From positions 64,994-128,993 of the forward strand of contig JBOGKQ010000005.1 of the NCBI GenBank assembly GCA_050747905.1: 64,000 bases of DNA, in the 5' to 3' direction. Origin of the DNA: Terriglobales bacterium. Its GTDB lineage: Bacteria; Acidobacteriota; Terriglobia; Terriglobales; SCQP01. Of the stretch, positions 42,578-51,948 are shown piece by piece (the first letter of the stretch is position 1; the number at the start of each line of letters is the position of its first letter). The position numbers were made by a program, and so were the translations under genes. The notes beneath the pieces were generated by a model that was not told the DNA's origin, searched no databases, and saw only the letters and a list, made by a program, of their open reading frames with translations.

Positions 42578-45082
42578 TCACGGCCGCCCCCGGTGGCGTG
42601 GAACAGGACGTGCGGCCGGTGCCGTCATAATCATGCCGTGGCGCCCACCCCTGCGGCGGGAGTTCGGCAGCGCCCCGAAGCCGCGCCATCTCACGTAGTC
42701 GAAGCTCCAGCGGTACTGCTGGTTGAAGTTTTTCGCGCTCCAGTCAATGCCGTTTCCCGTCGGCGTTTCTACTCCCGAGTACCAGATCGTGTCGCCCTCG
42801 CGCTGATAGAGCGCATTGCCGGTCGTGTGGTACACGAAGGCGAACAAGGGCGCGATCAGTAGGTTCAGCGGCCGCATCGGGTCGTTGTCGTACATCGGCT
42901 CGTCCACCCAGGCGGCGCCGTCGCGGACCACGCCGTAGATAAACTCGCCGTTGTCACCGTCGCGCGGGATCCAGTTGTCGTTCCAGAGGTGGTCAGCGAA
43001 TTCCTTGATCGCGGGGGGGATGCGGGCGTCGGAGAAGTTACCAGTCTGAGGATCCTCGTAGTAGTGGCACAGTTCTTGGGCCATCAGGCCGTCGTAGAAA
43101 GACTCTTCAAACGAGCTCGGCGACTGGCTCAGGATGTTGTCAATGTGACCCAGTGAGTAGTCCACGTCCTGCTGGACTTCCTCGAGCGTGGTCGCGCCGC
43201 CGGCGTCATAGTCGAGGCGCAGCAGTTGCAGATTGTAGGCGGTTTCCCGAACGTTGACCTGCTCCGCCGCCAGGTCGTAGGGGAGCTTATTGGCGTGGGC
43301 GAAGTTGTGCAGGTAGGTGCAGGCGGTGGCGTCGCCCTCGGTGCAGGCGCCATACAGCCCCGCACCGAATGTCCAGAAGCCCTGCAAATGGTAGTTCTCC
43401 GCTACAAGGTAGCTCTCATACAATGCGAGAGCCCCGGCTGCACCCTGCGGCCCGGAGGGGTTCTGAATCCCAATCGTGAATCCAGCCGGCTGGACGCGAT
43501 CGAAAGTCGCCGTGAACGTGGTCGAGGTCACCGAGGTTACGGTAACGACATCGCTTGCCCCGGCAATCTCTAGCTTCGCCCCAGCCGTAATGCGGGTCAT
43601 CGCTGCCGGAGTGACGGTGTGGACGCCCGCGGCTGTGATGCCTTGGTTTACGCCGTCAACGAGCGCTGCCGTAGTCGAGGCGAGCAGAGGGCATGGCGAG
43701 GCATTGCCGCCGGTGATCCACTTGACGGGGTCCCCGGTGTAGCTCGCGATCTGCTGATCCACGGCCGCCCCGTCGTAGTAGAGGTCGCCCTGCTCGTCGC
43801 TATTCCAGTCGCAGGCTCCGCCCGGCTGTTGCTGGTTGTACCAGTACGCTTCATTCCCCAACCCAGCGCCGATGCCGACCATCTGGTTCTGCCAGGTCGC
43901 TAGCGCCGGAATCGGCGGGTAGCTGGCAGGCGAACCTGGGGTAAATGGCATCGAAGTCAGCACGTTCACGCTCCAGTTTTCGGTGCTGCTGGAAACCGTG
44001 GCGCCGCCGCTCAGAACGCTACCCGTGACCGTGACGGTGTAGTCACCCGCGGGCGTCGTGCCGCCCACGTTGGTCAGCAACTCGACCGTGGTCGTGCTGA
44101 TCGCCGAGAGCCCTTCTATGCTGAAGGTGTCGTTGGTCGTGCTGGTGGTCGAGACGGAGCCCTGATCGAGGCCGTAGTCCTGAAGGTTGGGCCAGTGGAT
44201 CTCAGTCGAGGGCGGCAGGCCGGTGACCACGAACTTTGCGGTTGTATTTCCCTGGCCGTTGTTGATTGGCCAGTACGTGATTTCCTCGTAGAGCGGGTAG
44301 GATGCGACTACGCGCGTCCCTCCGAGAACCGAGAAAGCCATGGTGGGCGTGCCGGAAACGTTCTCGACCGCGGTCGAAAACACGTCGTTATAGCAGCAGC
44401 CGCCGTCGTAATTGTCTAAGTAGTCCTGCGGCGCCCCGCCGGCAATTCCCCGTGAGATTGCGAGGTACTGATATTGCCAACTCGGCACGAGTCCGGTGAT
44501 GGTGTAGGAGTGCGAGGTGACGCCTGCCGTGTCTTCGACGGGGCTGCAGGTGTTCACGCTATACCCCACGTTCCAGCAAACCCTGGTGGATGCCGGGATG
44601 TTCGTTGTCCAGGTGATCGTCTCCGACGTGCCTCCTGAAACCGCAGTCGCCACCGGAATTGAAAGCTGCGGCAGATCGGCCTGCGGCGCGAAGATTACAA
44701 GGCTTGTCGCCTGCTCGGCCGAGTTGCTGCCGGCGTCGGTCACCTCCACGGTGAAGCCGAAGTCCCCATCCGCGGTCGGCGTTCCAGTGACCAGGCACAG
44801 GCCGTCGGGAAAGCTGATCGGAGTAGCCGCCATCGAGGTCAGGCTCATGCCTGCTGGCAGCGCGCCGCTGGCGAGTGTGCAGGTATAGGGCGCGGTCCCG
44901 CCCACGATATTGACCACAGCTCCGCCCGTCAAGCCATCAGAGCGGTTGCCGTCGGTGTAGGCGTGGCCCTGCTGTCCCGGCTCGATCAGGCTAGGCACGC
45001 TCAGGGTCGGCCCCTGCGCCCACGCTGCCGCGCCCAATGCAGCCGCGAGCAGCACCAGAATTAGTGAGGTTTTCGGCCCCAT
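42578..45082 (-). CDS. secreted multidomain protein: Ig-like/Fn3-like domains plus an alpha/alpha-toroid-like C-terminal (polysaccharide lyase/hydrolase-like)
   Basis: Start set at MGPKTSLILVLLAAALGAAAWAQG. GTAPYTCTLASGALPAGMSL (putative Ig repeat). C-terminal 350 aa helical and W/Y-rich. Confidence 0.55.
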   Translation of the reverse strand: MGPKTSLILVLLAAALGAAAWAQGPTLSVPSLIEPGQQGHAYTDGNRSDGLTGGAVVNIVGGTAPYTCTLASGALPAGMSLTSMAATPISFPDGLCLVTGTPTADGDFGFTVEVTDAGSNSAEQATSLVIFAPQADLPQLSIPVATAVSGGTSETITWTTNIPASTRVCWNVGYSVNTCSPVEDTAGVTSHSYTITGLVPSWQYQYLAISRGIAGGAPQDYLDNYDGGCCYNDVFSTAVENVSGTPTMAFSVLGGTRVVASYPLYEEITYWPINNGQGNTTAKFVVTGLPPSTEIHWPNLQDYGLDQGSVSTTSTTNDTFSIEGLSAISTTTVELLTNVGGTTPAGDYTVTVTGSVLSGGATVSSSTENWSVNVLTSMPFTPGSPASYPPIPALATWQNQMVGIGAGLGNEAYWYNQQQPGGACDWNSDEQGDLYYDGAAVDQQIASYTGDPVKWITGGNASPCPLLASTTAALVDGVNQGITAAGVHTVTPAAMTRITAGAKLEIAGASDVVTVTSVTSTTFTATFDRVQPAGFTIGIQNPSGPQGAAGALALYESYLVAENYHLQGFWTFGAGLYGACTEGDATACTYLHNFAHANKLPYDLAAEQVNVRETAYNLQLLRLDYDAGGATTLEEVQQDVDYSLGHIDNILSQSPSSFEESFYDGLMAQELCHYYEDPQTGNFSDARIPPAIKEFADHLWNDNWIPRDGDNGEFIYGVVRDGAAWVDEPMYDNDPMRPLNLLIAPLFAFVYHTTGNALYQREGDTIWYSGVETPTGNGIDWSAKNFNQQYRWSFDYVRWRGFGALPNSRRRGGRHGMIMTAPAARPVPRHRGRP

Positions 45083-45083
45083 C

Positions 45084-45677
45084 TTAGTACGGCCCGGTGA
45101 TCCTGATATGCAGCGAATACGCCATCGCGGTTGCACCGCTCGACGCGTACCCCGAGGTTTCAGTCTTCACCGCCGTGCCGGCGTCCACGTAGATGCCGGT
45201 ACAGTTGCCGACGCTCGTGCCCGTGCTGTTGCTGGCGGTGCTAGTTGCCAAGTACGCAGTGAGGAACCCTGTACCATCTTCGGTGTAGACCACAATGACG
45301 CTCGGTGTCGCGCTCGAAGTCGTCGCCGTGGTGCTGATGTGTAAGTTTGCGCAGGCGACGTAGAACCCTGCCGAGGCCGGCGTGAACAGCGTAGCTAGCG
45401 CGACACTAGCCGTCTGGCCGGTCAGGTTCACGGTGTAGCTCGTCGGCCCGCCGCCGCCGACCGCGCAACTGCCCGGTCCCCAGGTTGTGCTAAACACCAG
45501 GCAGTTGCCGGAGCTCGGTGGGGTTGCGGCAATCGCGTTGCCCTGCAGGCTGGTGGCATTGCCGGAGCCGCCGCCAGAGCCACCGCCGCCGGAGATGGTC
45601 TGGGCGCTCGCTATCCGGGCGGTTCCTGGCGCGCCCAACGCCGCAAGGATCGCCAGCGCAAGCAGCAGACGCCTCAT
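45084..45677 (-). CDS. secreted tail-fibre-tip-like protein
   Basis: Signal peptide MRRLLLALAILAALGAPGTA, Gly-rich linker, NATSLQGNAIAATPPSSGNCLVF (common fibre motif). Confidence 0.5.
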   Translation of the reverse strand: MRRLLLALAILAALGAPGTARIASAQTISGGGGSGGGSGNATSLQGNAIAATPPSSGNCLVFSTTWGPGSCAVGGGGPTSYTVNLTGQTASVALATLFTPASAGFYVACANLHISTTATTSSATPSVIVVYTEDGTGFLTAYLATSTASNSTGTSVGNCTGIYVDAGTAVKTETSGYASSGATAMAYSLHIRITGPY

Positions 45678-46027
45678 ATCGTGCTCTCCGACTCCACCAC
45701 GCGCACCGTGGTCGCTGTCGCCGTGGCGGAGCGCGCCTGGCAGTACACGTCCGCCGCCCGGTAGTTGAACGCGGCCGCCCCGTTAGCCGCGTTCTGCGCC
45801 GGCAGTCCGCAGATGCCATCGTGGCCGGCGCCCTCGATGGTGATGGGTATGCCGGTGGCGTAGGTATCGGTGGTGGCGTAGCCGTCGGCCGGAAACTGCA
45901 CCTCGAGCCCCTGCCCCGCTACCGAACCGTCCTCGACGATCTGCACCGAGCGCGCCGGAATGGAGGCCAGGATCTGGGTGAAGGCTCCGGCGTTGCCATT
46001 GAGAGCGATGAGCCTTGTGACTGCCAT
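45674..46027 (-). CDS. hypothetical phage protein
   Basis: 117 aa, ATGA overlap with the next gene. Confidence 0.45.
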   Translation of the reverse strand: MAVTRLIALNGNAGAFTQILASIPARSVQIVEDGSVAGQGLEVQFPADGYATTDTYATGIPITIEGAGHDGICGLPAQNAANGAAAFNYRAADVYCQARSATATATTVRVVESESTI

Positions 46028-46033
46028 GGGCGC

Positions 46034-46336
46034 CTACTTGGCCGCCGCTGGCGCCGCTGCCGGCGTACTCGGCGTGACCGTATGCGGCAAGAGCAATCCC
46101 AAGTCGTTTTTCACCTGCACGACGGCGTTGATGGCCGCCTGCAGGTCCGCCTGGAAGCTGGCGGGCAGCGTCTTGCCTTCGACTTGCGCGAAGATTCCAA
46201 TGGCGGCGAGGCTGGCATCAGTGGCCGACTGGAGCTTGCTGGCTCCATTGCCGCTGCCAAACAGACCCTCCACGCCGTTGACGACCGCTTCGATCAGCGG
46301 AACAATGCCGGTGATCACTGAAAAAATGTTTCCCAT
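46034..46336 (-). CDS. hypothetical protein with hydrophobic N-terminus
   Basis: 100 aa. MGNIFSVITGIVPLIEAVV. Confidence 0.4.
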   Translation of the reverse strand: MGNIFSVITGIVPLIEAVVNGVEGLFGSGNGASKLQSATDASLAAIGIFAQVEGKTLPASFQADLQAAINAVVQVKNDLGLLLPHTVTPSTPAAAPAAAK

Positions 46337-46348
46337 TTGCTTGTCTCC

Positions 46349-47605
46349 TCAGTTGACTGTCAATTCAAATCCAACGTTCAGGTTAGAAGGCTCGCTGGTG
46401 TGGTCATCCGCAGCCAGCTTCACGGTCAGCGCTATGCCAGCGCGAAACGTACAGGTATTGGGGCCGCTCGTAGGCACCGCGGAGCTGCTGGTTGCGGCCC
46501 CGATCAGCAGGCCGGCAAAGCTACAAGTCGTGGTGCCGTCGCTCACGGTGATGGTGATACCGTTGGAACCACCCGCGCCCGCCGTCTGCGCATTGGCGTC
46601 TACGCGCTGGAGCGCAACCGCGGTGTTGGGCGTCCAAACCGCAAGGGTCGAGCCCGCGGCTGGCGCCGCGCCCGTCCAGAAGGCGCCGTAGAATCCCGGC
46701 CCAACGTTCCCCGACTGCCGCAGCGGGTAATAGTTCATGCCCAGCGTGCCGCTCAGGCTCTGGCCCACGATCGGGTTAGCCGGGTTCGCCAGGAGCGGCT
46801 GCGGAAAGAGCACCGCGGGCGAGGACGCCAACGCCTGCAGAGTTTCGACGGTGACGCCCGCGCCCTCCAGATACCAGTTCCGCGGGAAGCCCGGCAACAC
46901 GTTGCCGTTGTCGTCTTCAAGCGTCGCTGTGTACCAGGTGCCGGTGGGCAGGATCTGATCGTTGAACAGCACCGAGCACAAGCTGGTGTTGCTGCCCGGA
47001 GCGGCCGCGCCGCTCACGAGCGGAGCCGACTGCATGTAGGCTGTCCAGCCCGTCACCGTGCCCTGGAGCGTCAGCGTCCCAGGCGAGGTGCCAATGTAGA
47101 CGGCAAATCCGGTGGCACCCGCGGGCTGAACCGCGGGCGCGTTGATCTGGATCTCGCCCAGCGAGGTCAGGCCGAAGCTGCCGGCGGGCGAGGGCAGCGT
47201 GGAGGGCCCGGAGGGGCTCGCGGTAGTGTAGGCGATGGCGGCGTAATAGGTGCCCGCCGCGAGCGTGCCGGTGCCAGTAAAGGCCGCCCCGGTTGGCACA
47301 ACTTGAGGATTGGGCACGCCCACAATGCTGCCGTCAGTGGATGTGTAGCAGCTCACTGGCGAAGGCGCAAGGTAGTTGCCGCCGCCCGAGGTCGCCTCCT
47401 GGCTGAGCGCCAGCGTGAGCGTACCGTTCGCCACCGGCCCCAGCGTGGGAAGGGCGAACTTGCCGCTCAGGAGGCCTTGGCCATTGGCGGAGAGGCTGAC
47501 GGCCGCCAGCACGGCGAGCAGTGCCGCCGCGGCTGTCGTGCGTAGCCTGCGCACACCAGGACTCCAGCGGCTGGTCAAACTATTGCGCTCCATGGTTGAC
47601 CGCAT
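46349..47605 (-). CDS. secreted beta-rich (Ig/Fn3-like) fibre-like protein
   Basis: 418 aa. Signal peptide AAAALLAVLAAVSLSANGQG. T/G/S-rich beta repeats. Confidence 0.55.
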   Translation of the reverse strand: MRSTMERNSLTSRWSPGVRRLRTTAAAALLAVLAAVSLSANGQGLLSGKFALPTLGPVANGTLTLALSQEATSGGGNYLAPSPVSCYTSTDGSIVGVPNPQVVPTGAAFTGTGTLAAGTYYAAIAYTTASPSGPSTLPSPAGSFGLTSLGEIQINAPAVQPAGATGFAVYIGTSPGTLTLQGTVTGWTAYMQSAPLVSGAAAPGSNTSLCSVLFNDQILPTGTWYTATLEDDNGNVLPGFPRNWYLEGAGVTVETLQALASSPAVLFPQPLLANPANPIVGQSLSGTLGMNYYPLRQSGNVGPGFYGAFWTGAAPAAGSTLAVWTPNTAVALQRVDANAQTAGAGGSNGITITVSDGTTTCSFAGLLIGAATSSSAVPTSGPNTCTFRAGIALTVKLAADDHTSEPSNLNVGFELTVN

Positions 47606-47903
47606 CGCCCATCATGTGGAACGCCTGCCGGCCCCCGCGCCCGGAATAGGGCGACCACCAAAGCCGGTGCTCGCTTAGCTCCGCGGCGTCGATTCCGGCC
47701 CCCGGCCGCAGCGCCAGCGTGCCGTGCACCGTCGCCCGCGCCAGACCTTCACCCATCAGCCAGCGTGCCCGGCCGCGGGAAACGTACCGCCCCGGTTCGC
47801 CCTCCAGTTCCATGCGTCCCTGTGCCATCAGCTTCGGCGCTCCGAGCACCATCGTTCCGAGCGGCTCGCGGGCGCAACTGCAGCGCCCAGCGACGATCCG
47901 CAC
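47580..47903 (-). CDS. hypothetical protein, first ORF of the island
   Basis: 107-aa R/G-rich ORF. Weak coding signal. Confidence 0.3.
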   Translation of the reverse strand: MRIVAGRCSCAREPLGTMVLGAPKLMAQGRMELEGEPGRYVSRGRARWLMGEGLARATVHGTLALRPGAGIDAAELSEHRLWWSPYSGRGGRQAFHMMGDAVNHGAQ

Positions 47904-48147
47904 CCACGATATCCGGCGGGCTGCCCGGCTCCGGCTTCGCCCTGCGGCGTCCGGCTGCTCTGTTGCGTATGAGAGATCAGATTCGTGAGTTGCCGCAAGG
48001 GTTGGCGAGTTAAGGACTCACTTTTTTGTTACGAAATCTCGACAATTGTGACAGTCCGCCTTTCCCGCCGGGTGCAGGCGGGCCCCCGTGCCCAAACGCT
48101 CCCGCGCCCCTTTGTTATCCTAGAAGTGCCGCCGTGGCCCCGGCATT

Positions 48148-49200
48148 ATGGCGCAGGCACCCCGCATTGACAGCCTTGACCCCTCTGCCGCCCTTCCCGG
48201 CGCGGAAGTGCGGGTGCTGGGCTCTGACCTCTCCGCCAACGCGCGACTGCCCGCCGTGCGCGTTGCCGGGATGGCGGCGGCGGTGGTGATTTCCAGTGCC
48301 AACCTGCTGGTGGCGCGCGTGCCCGAGGCCGCGGTCACCGGTCTGGTGGAAGTCGAAGTGAGTGGCAGGCCACCCGTGCCTTCGCCCGCAGCGCTCGAAG
48401 TTGGCGCACAGATCGCGGAAAATCTCCACCCTGTCTGCAGTCCCGCCCTCGACGCGGAGGGCAACATCTTCGTCACCCTCAGCGGAACCCGCGGCCAGAA
48501 AACTCCCGTCAGCCTGTTCCGGCTGGACGCTAACTTTACCCTGAAGCCGTTCAGCAGTGCGCTCACCAATCCCAGCGGCCTCGCCTTCGACCGCGAGGGC
48601 ACGCTGTTCGCCTCCAGCCGCTTTGATGGCTCTGTATACCGCGTCGCCGCCAATGGGGCGGCCACCCTGGTGGCGCAGGGCCTGGGCGTGGCTACCGGCA
48701 TCGCCTTCGATCCGGCCGGGGATCTCCATGTCGGAGATCGCAGCGGCACCATCTTCAAGATCGACCGCCTGGGCAAGACCTTTGTGTTTGCCACCCTCGA
48801 GCCCAGCGTTGCTGCCTACCATCTCGCCTTCGGACCTGACCGCCATCTCTATGTAGCTGGCCCCAGCGCCTCCAGCCGTGACAGCATCTGGTGCATCAAT
48901 CCCCACGGCGCCGTGACGCCGTTTTTCGAGGGCCTGGGCCGGCCGCAAGGCCTCGCCTTCGACATCGCAGGCAACCTCTATGTGGCGGCGTCGTACCGCG
49001 GCCGACGCGGCATTATCCGCATTGATCCGAACCGGCAAGCCGCCTGCGTGGTCAGCGGAATGAACCTGGTGGGTCTGGCGTTTGCGCCGGGGTCGCCGGG
49101 AGGCCCCTCGTCATCGGCCTTGATTCTTGCCACCCACACCTCTCTGTATCATTTGCCGTGGGCGGTGGCCGGTGCTCTCCTGCCGCCCCGCGCGGACTGA
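48148..49200 (+). CDS. IPT/TIG domain plus SMP-30/gluconolactonase/NHL-like six-bladed beta-propeller protein
   Basis: 350 aa. N-terminal IPT-like (PRIDSLDPSAALPGAEVRVLGSDL), then repeated GLAFD/GIAFD blades. Confidence 0.7.
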   Translation: MAQAPRIDSLDPSAALPGAEVRVLGSDLSANARLPAVRVAGMAAAVVISSANLLVARVPEAAVTGLVEVEVSGRPPVPSPAALEVGAQIAENLHPVCSPALDAEGNIFVTLSGTRGQKTPVSLFRLDANFTLKPFSSALTNPSGLAFDREGTLFASSRFDGSVYRVAANGAATLVAQGLGVATGIAFDPAGDLHVGDRSGTIFKIDRLGKTFVFATLEPSVAAYHLAFGPDRHLYVAGPSASSRDSIWCINPHGAVTPFFEGLGRPQGLAFDIAGNLYVAASYRGRRGIIRIDPNRQAACVVSGMNLVGLAFAPGSPGGPSSSALILATHTSLYHLPWAVAGALLPPRAD

Positions 49201-49202
49201 AC

Positions 49203-50498
49203 GTGCAGGCTGAAATTCTGGCCATCGGCAGCGAACTGCTGGGCTTTTCCCGGCTGGACACGAACTCGCTCTTCCTGACCCGCGAACTGCTGGCGCTGGG
49301 GATCGGCCTGGCGGCCAAAGCAGTGCTGCCCGACGACGCCGCCGTGCTTGCCGCCGCCATGACCGCCGCGCTGGCGCGCTCGCAGGTGGTGATCACCATG
49401 GGCGGTTTGGGGCCAACCGAAGACGATCTCACCGTCGCCGCCGCCGCGCAGGCGCTCGGCTGCATCCTGGTGTCCGACGCTGCCGCGGCTTGGCGACTGC
49501 GCCGCTGGTTTCGCCGGCGCCGGCGGCGTTTTACTGCCATCCAACTCCGTCAGGCCCGCCGCCTCGCTCCGGCGCACTGGCTCCCGAATACGCGTGGCAC
49601 TGCCGAGGGTCAATGGTGCCCTGCCGCGAGCGGCCGCATGCTGATTCTGTTGCCGGGGCCCCCGCCGGAACTGGAGCGCATGTTTACCCTTCACGTCCGT
49701 CCGCGCCTGGCCGCCCTGGCGCCCCAGCTCGCCCGCGCCACGCGCGTGCTCAGCATCGCCGGCCTGGGCGAATCGCAAGTTGAGGCCGTGGCGGCCCCGC
49801 TGTATCGCCGCGTTCGCAATCCCGCGACGACCATTCTGGCGACCGCGGCGCCCCAGGTGGAACTGCATTTTCACGCCACCGGGGCCACCGCCGCCGCGGC
49901 CCAGCGCCGTGCCGATACCCTCGCAGCCCGCATCGCGCGCCGCCTGGGCAGGGCTGTGTTCAGCCGCGAGCAGGAGCCACTAGCGGCCGTCATCGCCGCG
50001 CGGTTGCTGGCGCGCGGTCAGACATTGGCGGTGGCGGAAAGCTGCACCGGCGGATTACTGGCCGGGCGCCTGACGGATAGCGCCGGCGCGTCCGCGTTTT
50101 TCCTTGGGGGCGTGGTCAGCTACGCCAATGCCGCCAAACAGGAACTGCTCGGCGTGCGCCCCGCCACGCTCCGCCGCTACGGAGCCGTCAGCGCCGCCAC
50201 CGCGCGCGCCATGGCGGTGGGGATCCGCGCGCGGCTGCAGGCCGATTGGGGACTTTCCGTCACCGGCATTGCCGGCCCAGGCGGTGGAAGCGCCCGCAAA
50301 CCCGTAGGCACCGTGGTCATCGGCTTGGCCGCGCCCGGCGCCGCAACACGCGCCTTTCACCACCAGTTCTTCGGCGATCGGGATCGCATACGGCGGGCCA
50401 GTGCGCAAGCCGCGCTGGACCATCTGCGCTTGGCGGTGGAGGCCGCGGGCTCAAATGGTTCCAGACTGAATGCAGCCGGTGGACGTGGCTTGAGGTAG
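49203..50498 (+). CDS. cinA: CinA family nicotinamide-mononucleotide deamidase / competence-damage-inducible protein
   Basis: GTG start. EILAIGSELL...TMGGLGPTEDDLT (MoCF domain) and VAESCTGGLLAGRLTD (PncC domain). Confidence 0.85.
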   Translation: MQAEILAIGSELLGFSRLDTNSLFLTRELLALGIGLAAKAVLPDDAAVLAAAMTAALARSQVVITMGGLGPTEDDLTVAAAAQALGCILVSDAAAAWRLRRWFRRRRRRFTAIQLRQARRLAPAHWLPNTRGTAEGQWCPAASGRMLILLPGPPPELERMFTLHVRPRLAALAPQLARATRVLSIAGLGESQVEAVAAPLYRRVRNPATTILATAAPQVELHFHATGATAAAAQRRADTLAARIARRLGRAVFSREQEPLAAVIAARLLARGQTLAVAESCTGGLLAGRLTDSAGASAFFLGGVVSYANAAKQELLGVRPATLRRYGAVSAATARAMAVGIRARLQADWGLSVTGIAGPGGGSARKPVGTVVIGLAAPGAATRAFHHQFFGDRDRIRRASAQAALDHLRLAVEAAGSNGSRLNAAGGRGLR

Positions 50499-50502
50499 CT
50501 CG

Positions 50503-51900
50503 CTAGGCGGCGTGGGTCAGATAGTTCCGCAGGTGCGCCGCGTCCATGGGCCGCGCAAAATAGAACCCCTGCGCCAGCGGACAGCCGAGGGCGCGTAGGC
50601 GCTCCACCTGTTCGGCGGTTTCTGCGCCTTCGGCAACGGCGCGCAGGTTGAGATTGCGTGCCAAATCGAGAATGGATCGGACAATTGCTTCGCTGTTGCG
50701 CTCGCTGCCCAACTGCGCCACAAACGAGCGGTCAATCTTGACGATATCGAGCGGGAAGCGCTGTAGATAGCTGAAGGAGCTGTAGCCGGTGCCGAAATCA
50801 TCGAGTCCGATCTGCAGGCCCAGCGACTTGAGCTGCGCGAACACCGCCTCCGCCGCGTCGTTGCCGCCCGCTTCGGTCCCGCCCAGGAGCGCGCTTTCGG
50901 TGATCTCCAGCCGCACCGTCGCGGGCTCGATGCCGGTCTCTTTGAGAATTCGCTCCACCTGGGCCGCTAGATCGGGTTGGGCAAACTGGCGTGCCGATAG
51001 ATTGACGCCAATGGCCAGACGCCGTTGCGAGGCGAATTCGCGTTGCCACAGCCTCGCCGCGACGCAAGCCTCGCGCAGCACCCATAGCCCCAGCGGCAGA
51101 ATCAGGCCAGTGTCTTCCGCAGTGGGGATAAACTCGCCCGGATAGACCAACTCCTTGCCGTTGCGGCGCCAGCGCACCAGCGCCTCCACGCCCTGAATAG
51201 CACCGGAATCGAGCGCCACAATGGGCTGATAGTGGAGCACGAACTGCTCGCGGGTCAGCGCTTGGCGCAAGTCGGTCTCCAGGTGCATGCGCTCGACCGC
51301 CGCCGCCTGCAGCGCCTGGTCATAGATCTCGGCGCGCGCGCCCCCCAGCGTCTTGGCGCGCCCCATGGCAAGGTCGGACTCGTGCAGCAGGCGCCCGGCG
51401 TCGCCCTCGGTCGCGCCGCTGGCGATGCCGATGCTGGCGGTGATGAAGAATTGGCGTCCGCCCAGCGTCAGCGGCGGCGCCAGGCTTGCCTGCAGCCGCT
51501 CGGCGACCCGCAGCGCGTCACTGTCGTGCGGCAAATCCTCCAGCAGGACGGTAAACACGTCGCCGCCCAACCGCGCCAACTCCTTCGGCCAGCGCGCGAT
51601 CATATCGCTGGAGCGCAGGGCGCCGGAAAGGCGCTCGGAGATCAACCGCAGCAGCTCATCCCCGGCGACGTGTCCGAGACTGTCGTTGACCACGTGGAAG
51701 CGGTCGAGATCCAGCAGCAGCACCGCGAAGCGGGAGTTGCCCCGCCGCGCGCGCGCCAGCACGCGTCCCAGCCGGTCGAGAAACAGGGAGCGGTTGGGCA
51801 GTCCGGTGAGGGCGTCGTGGCTGGCGTCGTACTCCAGCCGGCGCTGGCACCAATCCCGCTCGGCCACCTTGCCCAACTGCCGTCCGGCCTGGGCGAGCAC
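50503..51900 (-). CDS. GGDEF-EAL signalling protein, C-terminal portion of an amber-interrupted gene (degenerate GGDVF, intact EAL)
   Basis: ALTGLPNR, RLGGDVF, EALVRW, DDFGTGYSS. Same frame as 51949-52419. Confidence 0.8.
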   Translation of the reverse strand: MLAQAGRQLGKVAERDWCQRRLEYDASHDALTGLPNRSLFLDRLGRVLARARRGNSRFAVLLLDLDRFHVVNDSLGHVAGDELLRLISERLSGALRSSDMIARWPKELARLGGDVFTVLLEDLPHDSDALRVAERLQASLAPPLTLGGRQFFITASIGIASGATEGDAGRLLHESDLAMGRAKTLGGARAEIYDQALQAAAVERMHLETDLRQALTREQFVLHYQPIVALDSGAIQGVEALVRWRRNGKELVYPGEFIPTAEDTGLILPLGLWVLREACVAARLWQREFASQRRLAIGVNLSARQFAQPDLAAQVERILKETGIEPATVRLEITESALLGGTEAGGNDAAEAVFAQLKSLGLQIGLDDFGTGYSSFSYLQRFPLDIVKIDRSFVAQLGSERNSEAIVRSILDLARNLNLRAVAEGAETAEQVERLRALGCPLAQGFYFARPMDAAHLRNYLTHAA

Positions 51901-51948
51901 CTGCAGCAGGGCCGCTTCCGGCGCCGCCCCCTGTTCAGAAAAAAATTC

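Larger units (their letters stand above)
12500..47903 (-). mobile_element. prophage-like island (P22-like head module, lysis genes, secreted fibre/depolymerase-like proteins), probably defective
   Basis: Uninterrupted minus-strand array of about 40 ORFs with coat, scaffold, portal, SLT lysin and polyvalent virion protein. Flanked by host metabolic genes. The ends are approximate. Confidence 0.75.

Noticed and set aside
47985-48027. Hairpin GTGAGT...ACTCAC followed by TTTTTT at the right island edge, read as an intrinsic terminator or small RNA.
   Set aside because: The loop is long (25 nt) and the stem only 6 bp. The T-run is on the plus strand, where no upstream plus-strand gene ends. It may simply be AT-rich promoter DNA between divergent genes.
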